Shown one piece after another: positions 53,806 through 64,000 of a DNA stretch of 64,000 nucleotides. How positions within the stretch are numbered: the first letter of the stretch is position 1; each line of letters begins with the position of its first letter. This stretch comes from Solemya velum. Its lineage: Eukaryota. A program made the position numbers and the translations under genes. Under the pieces are notes generated by a model, which worked only from the letters and a program-made list of their open reading frames with translations, searched no databases and was not told the origin of the DNA. Location of the stretch: NCBI GenBank assembly GCA_048127485.1, contig JBHNWI010000380.1, positions 43,563,036-43,627,035 on the forward strand. Direction: 5' to 3'.

Positions 53806-53927
53806 TTCCGTCTCAGGTGATAGTGGGGCATACTATCTCTAAACTCAATTCACTGTCTGTAGCCACAAAAGTTGCAATTCAAATCAACTGCAAGCTGGGT
53901 GGAGAAGTATGGTGTTTAAATATCCCA
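53806..53927 (+). CDS. PIWI: PIWI exon L (PIWI domain start): VPSQVIVGHTISKLNSLSVATKVAIQINCKLGGEVWCLNIP
   Basis: A CGTTTTCAG acceptor and a CCCA|GTATGT donor. It matches the highly conserved [41 protein letters not shown]. Confidence 0.9.
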
Positions 53928-54815
53928 GTATGTCTTTTTTAATTTCAATTATCTTAAAATCACGTGTGTGTATTGATTACAAGGACCTGAATCATTCAAA
54001 CTGCCAGTGGGATGATATAACACAAGAGTGGGCTTCAACTCACCAAGATAATTCTACTCTATTTTGCTAATATGATGATGTAAGAGCATTTGTATAATTG
54101 ATGTATATGAATACAAAAAGAGTGCAGTAGTTGTATGGAATTATTGTGTTTAATTGCCTGTCCTGTAGTTTGTTATCATATTTGATAAAGAAGACCTTCA
54201 CCAACCATGGTTTGATCGTCACTGAGAAATAACCATGATACAACCATGGTTTAGAGAAATACAAGAAAATCTAACCAGCACATTTGTTTCAATTCACATA
54301 ACTTATGATACAATTAAAATAATTCATGAACTATACAACAATGAGTTGAATACATGAGGCTGTGTTGTCAATGTTTTGATACAGTATTAAACGAAATACC
54401 CAGCTATTGGGAGATGGTAGTTTCATGTCCATGATTTTTTAGCAATGTGAATAAGTATTCTAACACTTGTGGCCATTTTGACTACCAGAGACTTCCCATA
54501 TTCAATGCTTAGCAAAAGATTCATCATTGGCACTGTCATGTTATATTATGCCTATGTGTTGCAGATACTAATATGTCATGTTTTGATTATTTGTAATGTT
54601 TATCCATTCAGTGACAAATGTTAAGTTCACAATATCTGAACTTTATTTAATTTCTAACCAGATCCCTCTGTGGTTTTTAACACCTGCAGCAGAATTTATA
54701 TACATGTACAATGTATACTACTCCAACTTTTAAAACAGTGTGTTTGCATTAGATATGATACATGTATATTATTGAACATTGTAGATATCAAGAAATCTTG
54801 TCTCATTTAATTTAG

Positions 54816-54990
54816 TTGAGTGGATTAATGGTGATAGGTGTGGACACATACCATGATGCCTCAAAGAAAAGTTGTTCTGTAGTTGGGGTTGTTGCAAGCA
54901 TCAATGGCAATATGACCAGGTATTACTCCAGAGTGTTTTTTCAACAGTGCCACCAAGAAATAGCTGATGCTCTCTGTGTTCCTATTGTGG
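54816..54990 (+). CDS. PIWI: PIWI exon M: LSGLMVIGVDTYHDASKKSCSVVGVVASINGNMTRYYSRVFFQQCHQEIADALCVPIV(G)
   Basis: An AATTTAG acceptor and a probable G|GTGTGT donor. It matches LMxVGIDVxHDxxxxxxSxxGFVASxNxxxTRWFSRxxxQxxxQEIxDxL and contains the first catalytic Asp (GVDTYHD). No downstream exons could be located in the window. Confidence 0.8.
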
Positions 54991-55424
54991 GTGTGTATTC
55001 ATTAAAATCTGTTTTCAAAGATTTCAGTTATGCAGTATCTACATTTTTACTTTTATACAAGACAGTTAATTAGGACAGTTGTTATTCCACAATTTATGCA
55101 ACCTATTTCATAAAGCATTTTTAAGTTAAAGATATTCTCAAACATTTTAACAATTTCATAATTTCTCATCAATATCATCCAATAATTCCAAAACCCCTGT
55201 CCTGTCTCGATCTGAATACACTCCAACTCCCCCACCTTGGTGGCGTGTCAACCATTTCATCAAAGATTGATATGAGAACTTTTTTTGGTTCCTACCCATG
55301 GTATTTTAAAATTCTGTGCTACAAAAGGCATATTTGCTGATAAGGCACATCCATCATGATGACATTAGAGATCTGTACTAATAAAGAGACTACCAACTGT
55401 TCTGATAGAGAATGAACAGATTCC

Positions 55425-55795
55425 ATCTTCTCATCATCTTCACAAGTCAAGGTCCGTATGTTAGCTTTTGCGTTACAGATCCTGACAAATGCTATACACA
55501 TTATAGAAATCCAGGCTTGATTCTCACCTAGAGAAGCAAGTGCATTAGTATATTCTGTATACTTTTTTACTAAACTGAATATTGATACATGTGCATTTAC
55601 CTTCAGTGTCATCACTGGGTGACATGACACATTGATGATCCCATATGGCCCAAATTTCTTAATTTTCTGAAAATAAACAAATGTAAATGTTTCTCTCGAA
55701 AAGAAGCAAGCCCGGGTTTCTATGTATAACATTTGTCAAGGTCAATAACATGAAAGCTAATATACAGACCTTGACTTGTGAAGATAACTTTTGAC
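55425..55795. mobile_element. MITE-like element with ~35-bp TIRs (TTATCTTCACAAGTCAAGGTC…)
   Basis: Inverted repeats at 55429-55465 and 55752-55790 flank ~290 bp of AT-rich non-coding sequence. Confidence 0.45.
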
Positions 55796-57277
55796 TTTTG
55801 GCTTTTGATTAGTCCAGTCTCTCTTCTTTGAGGCAGGAAGAATGGCAGAATATCTAACAATTTGAAATATTTTGATGTTATCTAATGTGGAAAATATAAT
55901 CTAATATGTCAAATACAGTAACTTCAGGAGTATAGTTAATTTATCATTTCACCTGCATTGAGAATGTAATAAATCATTTGAGGATTTCACTTGGTTACAA
56001 AACCATCCATAACTCTGGTCTCAACAATTCAATACTGTAACAATGGAGTTATTGTCCTGGGTGATTCAGAGAACAACACAGTTACCACTTAACAATTTTA
56101 TTTTGGCCAATCAATTTTATTGTTGAAATATCGAGACGTCTCGTAATAACTATCACAGTATATGACTATCAATGTATGTTATATTGTATCACAATTAAAT
56201 GCTCTATAAATATATAAAAGTATGTCTAAAGGGTTTATAAGTATAACCATCAATTATATTTATTCAAGTATCAACTATCACAGGCTTACTGTTATCTCCA
56301 CCTCACAGCCAATTTACATCACATATGCCATGTGTTACTATCACAGAACATGTACAGACACACTGAACTAACATGTCTCGTTCATCCACTCAGTTTACAG
56401 ATGCTCATTAAATCAATCCGAAACACTCTGTCGGTTTACCGTACATTCTGGTCAGTATTTGAATATAGAGTCGCCATTTACACCATGCACAAGCTGATAC
56501 TCATCAGCATTACAATACTACTATGTATCAAAGTCAACTATTCGTGGTATCACGTATTACGACGTCAAATCGTCCAAAATGCCTTCCCGTAACCCACGCA
56601 ATACAAATTGTTGCAATAGTCCGTCCTGCTGGTCCATAGATAACGCCTCCCCGTATCCCACGCAATGTAAATGTAAATGGTTGTAATAGTCCGTATCACT
56701 GGTCCTATGTCTCAGCATTTAGTGTTGTTAGCCCTATCCATGGCGTCAAGATCCCGATCGGAGCCTGACTAAAATAACGGACGCCGTCAGTATATACGAC
56801 ATACTTAATTTAATAACGCGGTCGCGCACGAGTATTTACAAACATACCACCACCAAATCCACTAAATATTTACAACGAATTAATCAGAAAACAAGGCCCA
56901 CTATTTGACTATTAATTCCCTACCTTAAATCAGCTTTCTCATAACACCTGTAGGATTATGTCCTGATCTGACAAACTTCCCATGTTATGGTGCTGGCTCC
57001 CACAACGTCACTCAGCACAGCAAAATCCAAGACTGATTCAATGGAATTACAGCAGCTTTTATACTGTTAAACCGGATGTGCAACATCTAACAATTAGCAG
57101 TGGGCAGTTTCCGATACACAAATCATTAGTCATGACCAGAATCCCAATACATTGAAAATAGATTCGTTACATACGTTCCCCTCCTGAAGACAAAACAACA
57201 ATTTTGTCCAACCACAACTACGAATCTCTCTAGCAATATTTATTTACACTCTGTACCCGACTAAAACTCAACGAGCT

Positions 57278-58271
57278 CTAAACTCTCGACAACACATCTG
57301 CCACTATATTTTCTGAACCAGGAATATACACAACTTTGAATTTGAACTCCTGCAATGTGAGACTCCATCTCAACAGTCTCTGGTTTGACATTTTGACACT
57401 ATCAAGCCATTTCAAAGGTGCATGATCTGATTCAATAATGGACTCTGTATCTTCTAAATATACCCTCAATGATTTCACCGACCATACTATGGCATAGCAT
57501 TCCTTTTCTATGACCGCATAGTTTCTCTCAGAAGTACTCAACTTTTTACTCATGTACAACACTGGATGCCTACCATCATCAAATGATTGTTTTAACACCG
57601 CCCCAACCCCGTGTCACAAGCATCTGTCCTAAGAATGAACTGTTTTTCAAAATCCGGACTTCTCAATACTGGTCCCTTCAGCAAAACCCGTTTCAAACTT
57701 TCAAAAGCCTGTTGCAATGTTTCATTCCAAATCACTTTGTTTGGCATTGATTTCTTTGTCAAATCAGTCAATGGTATAGCCAATGTTGCAAAATTCTGAA
57801 CAAATTTTCTATAGAACCCCACGAAACCAAGGAAACACTTTACCTGTTTCTTTGTCAGTGGTTGTGGAAAATTTTGAACGATTGCCATTTATCAAGTGTA
57901 GGTTTCACCATCCTATTTCCTACAACATGAGCTAGAAACACTAATTGTGGGAATCCAAAGCTACATTTGCTCGGTTTAGCAGACAAATTAGATTTCCTCA
58001 ATGCTAGAAATACCAGCCTCAGATGCTCTATGTGATCATTCCAAGTATCACTGTATACACCTATGTCATCAATAAATGCTTCTGTGAATGACTCGTAACC
58101 CTGCAAAACCTTGGCCACGAGACGAACAAACGTCGCTGGCGCACAAACCATACCAAATGGCATAACAATGAAACGATACTGACCGAATGCCGTAACAAAA
58201 GAGCTCTTTTGTTTGGCATCTTCATCCAGTGGTGCCCCGTGGGGATCCGGGGTAGAATAGATCCTCTGCAC
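57278..58271 (-). mobile_element. Ty3/gypsy-type LTR-retrotransposon pol fragment (RT + RNase H), truncated at its 5' end by the LINE insertion
   Basis: Minus-strand ORFs carry …PFGMVCAPATFVRLV…AFIDDIGVYS… (RT, YxDD), …FLGFVGFYRKFVQNF… and …ERNYAVIEKECYAIVWSVKSLRVYL…DHAPLKWL…VVYIPGSENIVADVLSR (RNase H). Upstream at 56250-57270 there are possibly LTR-like repeats. Confidence 0.8.
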
Positions 58272-61200
58272 CCCCTTGCATTCGTAAGAGGCGATAAAAT
58301 GGGGGCAACCCGTTTGCCGTGGGTTGCGACCCGTGATGGCGGAGATGGGAATCCTGATGGCTGAGGAGTCCCGTGGTACGCCCCCCTTGGTTATATAGAG
58401 TCTTGACCATTTCTCTCCAACACGCCATTTTGGCCCCGTATTCGCCTAGACGGGTGGTTAGGGTTGGCTCGCCCTAATCAATCGGCTGGTCATAACAGGT
58501 CCTGGAGTTGTGACCAATAGTTCTCGGTTAAAAACTTTTATCAAACATATTTTTAGAAACAAATTTGAATTCTTTTCTATTTCATTGACTACTTTCATTT
58601 CTCATCATGTCACCTCTCCAGAAGACGATGGCTTAGAGTCAATCGAGTGGTTAAATTTGGCATTGTGCGTTCAGGTACACATGGCGCCATGTGTGCATGG
58701 ACGCACATTATTTTATTTCTCTATTCGAGTATAGCACTTGCGTAGCCCTGACAGGGGTGTGCGCTGGGTATTCCCGCACTTCTCTGTCCCCTTGTTGGGC
58801 TCCGAGGCGGGTGGGGAGCGCAAGTGTCGAATAAATAATCCATACCCATGGCTTCCAAAACAAAGCAAAACCATTCTGCGTCCTCACGTCATTTAAAACG
58901 ACAAAAGCTCGCGGTGGTTGATTCGACATCTGAATCAGATACTATGATCAGTTGTCGAATCATCATCTACTACAGGTAATAGTTGGCCTCGGTTCGTTGT
59001 AATCGAGGGCAAGAATGAAAATTTACAAAATTGTCACCTTTTGCTATATGCAAAGGTTTTCAAAGTACATGTGGAGACCCCCAATCAGTAAAGACCCTTC
59101 GTTCAGGATGCTTGCTGGTTGAGTGCGCTACTCCAAAACAAAGCTTCACACTACTAAAACTTAACAAATTTGTCAATCAGTCTGTTACAGTCACACCACA
59201 TAAAACTCTGAACACATGCAAAGGTGTGGTCCGTTCCAGGGACCTTCAACACACTGATGAGTCTGAGATGCTCCTTGGTCTCAAGGACCAAGGGTAACCC
59301 AGGCTCAACGGATTCATGTCAGACGTGGGATGGCAGGGTGCCTACAAACACTTACATCCTCACATCAACACACCAAAAATACCACCTTTTATCAAAGTTG
59401 GGTATATACGCATCACTGTCGAGGCGTATATTCCCAATCCTCTTCGTTGTTTTAAATGTCAACGGTTTGGCCATCACCAGGGACCTGCAAGCGAGAGGCT
59501 GTGTGCTCTCGCTGCAGTGAAGTTGGTCATGATGGCTCTTCATGTACAAAAACAATGAAATGTGCCAATTGTTCAGCACAACATTCAGCATTTTCTAAAG
59601 ACTGTTCATTTTGGAAGAAGGAAAAGGAGATTCAGCGCGTGAAGGTTGTTCGGGGTATGTCATTCCCTGATGCCAGGAAATTTGTGGAGGCCACAACTGT
59701 AGGTCAGTCTGGCAAGTCGTTTGCGGACGCGGCCCGAGTTGCCAAGCCAGCCCCCACAAATCTGTCTCGGTACAGACAGATATGACATGGCCCGAGCAAC
59801 TTCCAACTTTCGCTCTTCTCCCCAGTACTCAAAAACTATGAAAACTGTTTCTTCAACACAGACCACAACCATCACTCATCCCAAGACTGCTACTGGTAAA
59901 ACACCAACAGCAAAACCTTCCGTTCCCCCAAAACCTACTAAGAATAAATCATTGCTCTGACCCCTACTGCACTTGTTAAAATCACCCCTGAGCCGCCCGT
60001 TACACCTCAACGGCGGCCCCGGATCACAAGGTCAAATAGGCAGAAGAAGGGATCAGATGATCCTATCAAGCTGCACAATCGCTATGGCAGCTTGATGGAG
60101 TCTGATGACCTCTCTTCGTCATTTGATCCACTCAGTCCTAGCAAACACAAACATAGTCCTCATAAACCCACCTCATCATTCTTGATGATATTATGGAAGT
60201 GAGTGTCAACTCCTCCCAAAAACAACTTTTTTCTGGCTGTCCTTCGGAGCCTATCGACCCCGAAGTGATGTGCCCATCGACCAATACAAGTCCTATTAAA
60301 GGACCGAGTCCCATTAAACACCCTTAATGGAGAACTCCAAAATCATTCAGTGGAATTGTAGAGGTTTAAAGGCCAACTTTAATGAAATAAGTCTTCTATT
60401 AAATGATAAGCAACCTGCAGTCGTATGCTTGCAGGAAACACTTCTCAATGATAAAGATACCATTACTTTTAAAAACCATTCTATGTATAATTTCATTTTT
60501 CCCACCGAGAATAGAGCTTGTGGTGGTGTTTCTGTTATTGTTAATAATAGAACACCCCACAGTCCTGTCTCTTTGAACACCAACCTGCAAGCAGTTGCAG
60601 TCCGTGTTACACTACACAAAACAATCACTGTCTGTTCTCTGTACTTACCGCCTTCGTCAACTATAATATAAGTGACTTAGACCATCTTGTCACACAGTTA
60701 CCCACACCTTTCATGTTACTAGGCGATTTTAATGGCCACAATTATCTATGGGGTTGCAGAGATATTAATGCCAAGGTAAATTAATAGAAGACTTCATTTC
60801 AAAACACAATCTCTGCCTTTTTAACAATAAAACTTCTACCTATCTACATCCCGCTTCGGGATCATACACTTCCATTGATCTTTCCATCTGTGATCCATCA
60901 GTTTTCTTGATTTTACATGGAGAGTCGACGACGACCTCCATGGAAGTGATCACTTTCCCATCATTTTAGACACCACGGGCCAAATCAACCAGATAGGGCA
61001 CCGAGGTGGAATTTACCTAAAGCAGATTGGACTAAGTTCCAGAATCTGTGTGAGGATCGATTATCTCACTTTACAGTGAAGGATGATCAAGACCCTATTG
61101 AGATTTTTTACCTCTATTTTACATGATGTGGCTACAGAAGCCATACCCAAAACGTCCTCAACTTGTGCCAAATTTAAAAAACCATGGTTTACAGATGAAT

Positions 61201-64000
61201 GCAAGGATGCAATTAGTGAACGCAAGAGGGCACTACGTCTTTTTAAACTGTGCCCTACTGCTGACAATCTTAACAGTTTTCGTATATTTCGCGCAAAAGC
61301 TCGGCGCACTATTCGAATAAACAAGAGGAAGACTTGGAGAAATTACGTCTCCAAGTTGAACTCGCGTTCTTCCATAAAAAAAACATGGGATATGGTTCGA
61401 AAATTCAGGGTAAATCAAAATCTAACCATGTCCATCACCTTAATAGTGATGGAAAACTGATTACATCTGTTCCAGATATAGCGAATACCCTGGCGGACGC
61501 TTTCTCCCACACAACTCTTCTGCAGAGCATTGCTCTAAAGAGTTCTTCGCGTAAAAAAACGCAAAAGAGAAACGCCCGCTGAAATTCAAATCCAAAAACA
61601 CCGAGGATTATAATAAAGTTTCTCTATTAGAGAGTTGAAAGATTCTCTTAATAGAGCCAATGATACCGCTGCTGGACCCGATGAAATACCCTACCAGTTT
61701 CTGAAACATTTACCTGATACAGCTCTTCTCTTTGCTTGATATTTTTAACAATATATGGCAATCTGGTAATTTCCCTCCCTCATGGAGGGAAGCTACTATT
61801 ATTCCCATACCCAAACCCGACAAAGATCATTCTAACCCCACAAATTACCGCCCTATTGCGCTCACTAGTTGCATTTGTAAAACCATGGAACGTATGATCA
61901 ATGATAGACTTGTCTGGTTCCTTGAATCAAATAAACTGTTAACCAACATTCAGTGTGGTTTCAGGAGCCAGAGAAGTACTACCGACCACTTGGTCAGACT
62001 AGAAACTTTTATTCGCGAAGCTTTTATTCGTAAAGAACATGTTGCATCTATCTTTTTCGATCTTGAAAAAGCATACGATACAACATGGAAATATGGTATA
62101 ATGAATGACCTGTTTGATATGGGTCTCGAGGACATTTACCTCACTTCATTAGCAGTTTTTTATATGATAGACATTTTAAAGTAAAGTTGGGTCTACCCTT
62201 TCTGACCTGCATGATCAGGAAATGGGTGTACCACAGGAAGCATATTATCCGTTACCCTTTTTAGTATAAAATCAATAGTCTTGCGAAATGCATAGCGCCA
62301 GGAGCTGAGGGATCTCTGTATGTTGATGACTTCCTCCTGTGCTATCGTTCAAAAAATATGAATAGCATTGAACGTCAACTCCAGTTGTCGCTTAATAAAA
62401 TACAAAAATGGGCTGACAATAATGGTTTTAAATTTTCTAAAGCCAAAACAGTTTGCATGCATTTTTGCCAATTACGAGGAATTCACCATGATCCCCAGTT
62501 ATTTCTCAATGGCACAGCGATTCCTGTGGTAAGGAAACTTTCTGGGTATCATGTTGGATCCCAAGTTAACTTTTGTACCTCATATTAGATATTTGAAGTC
62601 AAAATGCCATAAAGCTATTAATTTTTTGCGAGTTGTAGCACATACCGACTGGGGGCAGATCGTCAGGTTCTGCTCCGCCTTTATAGATCACTTGTCCGAT
62701 CAAAGTTGGATTATGGTAGTGTAGTCTATGGCTCAGCTAGAAAATCATATCTGAAGTTGCTCGACCCCATTCATAATCAGGGTCTTCGATTATGTCTTGG
62801 GCTTTTAGAACCCCCTGCGGAAAGCTTGTACGCCGAGGCCAATGAACCTTCCTTGTATCTTCGACGTAAAAAGCTTTCTTTGCAGTATGCTACCAAGCTG
62901 TACTCAAACCCTGATAACCCTGCTTTTGACTGTGTTTTTAATCCCAAATATGAAGTTTTATTTGTACAAAAACCTAATGCTATTCCAACTTTGGTATACG
63001 TGTTGGTCCTGAACTTGCGGAAGCTGGTATTGATGTGGATCAGATAGCTGCGAACTCGGTGCCGAGATCTCCTCCTTGGTTGACAGCAACACCGAAAATA
63101 CTTTTTGACTTGAACAAGTCAAAAAAGGCCACTACGGATCCACTTCTTTACCGTTCCCATTTTTTGAGCTTCGTGATATTTATAGGAATTTTATAGACAT
63201 TATACTGATGGGTCAAGGGAGGGTGACCACGCGGCAGCTGCAGTCGCAACTCCAACTGGCATCCTCTCTACAAGACTTCCTGACAAATCTTCAATTTTTA
63301 CTGCTGACTTCGGGCTCTTCTCATGGCACTAGACTATATATAGAGTCCCGTGGTAGAGAGTTCATTATTTTTTCAGACTCTCTGTCATGTTTACAAGCAT
63401 TACATTCTTTAAAGTTCAAAAATCCCATTATATCTACCATTCTTGCAAAGCACAGCTGCCTTCTCTCCCGAGAGAAGACAATTGTGCTTTGCTGGATACC
63501 CAGTCATGTCGGTTTCGTGGTAATGAACGGGTGGATTCTGCAGCTAAAAAGCACTGAATTCACCCATAACTGATTTCAAAATATTATATACAGATTTTCA
63601 GTATTACATTTTTAAATACATACGTATGATCTGGCAGTCCAGTTGGAACGAGGCTCTTTCCAATAAGCTTCACGATCTGAAGCCTATTTTAGGTGAATGG
63701 CGTGGAGCTTACAGGAACATTCGTCGTGAGGAGGTTGTACTGTGCCGATGTCGCATTGGGCATACTCTCCTCACACACTCATTTCTTTTAAGGGTGACAC
63801 TCAACCGCGGTGTGTTTCTTGTTGCTGTCCTTTGACAGTGAAACACATCATGGTTGAGTGTCCACATTTAGCCAGCAATAGAGACCGTTTTTACAGAGTC
63901 CGAACAATGCTAGACTTGTTCGGCTCTGTTTCTACCGACCAGATTTTAATTTTTTAAAGTATACCATTTCTTTTCAAAGTTTTAAACACGTTTTATAATT
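58272..64000 (+). mobile_element. Non-LTR retrotransposon (I/LOA/Nimb-like clade: gag-like ORF1 with CCHC knuckles; ORF2 with APE–RT–RNase H–CCHC), frameshifted, running off the 3' window edge
   Basis: The ORF1 region 59031-59785 (frameshifted across 3 frames) has CxxC…H…C knuckles. ORF2 spans 60327-63957 across ≥9 frame changes. It includes APE (QWNCRGLKANFNEISLLL…VVCLQETLL), RT (NYRPIALTSCICKTMERMINDRL…FDLEKAYDTTW…), RNase H (IFSDSLSCLQAL…WIPSHVGF) and a C-terminal CCHC. Confidence 0.8.

Noticed and set aside
54991-55073. Continuation of ORF 54816-55073 past exon M (…GVYSLKSVFKDFSYAV…)
   Set aside because: Similarity to Piwi ends at …CVPIV. The remainder is intron read-through after a GT donor.
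58222-58428. 68-aa minus-strand ORF at the gypsy/LINE junction
   Set aside because: It lies in the GC-rich LINE 5'UTR and is not continuous with the gypsy RT frame.

Overview
This window is eukaryotic, most likely an AT-rich invertebrate metazoan, and has no prokaryotic operon structure. It contains GT/GC–AG introns, SINEs, LINEs, an LTR-retroelement fragment, microsatellites and satellites.

Two protein-coding genes on the + strand are supported by exon chains with fully consistent splice phases.

- **Upstream gene (286–9502):** a 5-exon gene of unknown function, rich in Ser/Asp/Glu. Its first exon carries a tandem 117-bp (39-aa) duplication with SUMO-interaction-motif-like cores (VIISSSDED). 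It ends in a stop codon followed by an AATAAA signal at about 9517.
- **PIWI gene (28109–54990):** a Piwi-clade Argonaute gene with 13 phase-compatible exons covering the N, linker, PAZ, MID and the start of the PIWI domain. Recognisable peptides include [62 protein letters not shown] and VIGVDTYHD…SINGNMTRYYSR. It lacks its 5' coding exon(s); exon A enters in phase 1. It also lacks the last ~250 aa of the PIWI domain, which should lie beyond a nested TE cluster or the window end.

The PIWI locus is heavily colonised by mobile elements.

- **Upstream of exon A, a Penelope-like element:** a 5'-truncated PLE (~23.94–27.86 kb) encodes RT plus a C-terminal Zn-finger/GIY-YIG endonuclease. It has an inverted partial 3' copy at its 5' end and carries hammerhead-ribozyme-like cores.
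- **Abutting the PLE, a novel small element (the most unusual object here):** a 1.2-kb element bounded by ~270-bp, >95% identical terminal inverted repeats. It encodes only a 165-aa CxC…CPLxGxC zinc-finger + GIY-YIG protein and no RT. Each TIR contains a near-textbook hammerhead core (CUGACGA‑GCC‑UUCG‑GGC‑GAAAC) followed by a palindromic CGGUCCG.
- **Shared insertion context:** both elements sit in (TA)n microsatellite.
- **In the introns:** tRNA-derived SINEs, MITEs, a Tc1/mariner transposase fossil, a ~1.3-kb satellite array, and CpG-rich promoter-like islands carrying YY1, NRF1, CRE, CACGTG E-box, CCAAT and Sp1 motifs. One island lies ~9 kb upstream of exon A; two are intragenic, just upstream of the PAZ exon.
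- **Downstream of exon M:** a Ty3/gypsy RT–RNase H fragment on the − strand, interrupted by a frameshifted I/LOA-like LINE (gag-like ORF1 with CCHC, then APE–RT–RNaseH–CCHC ORF2) that runs off the window end.
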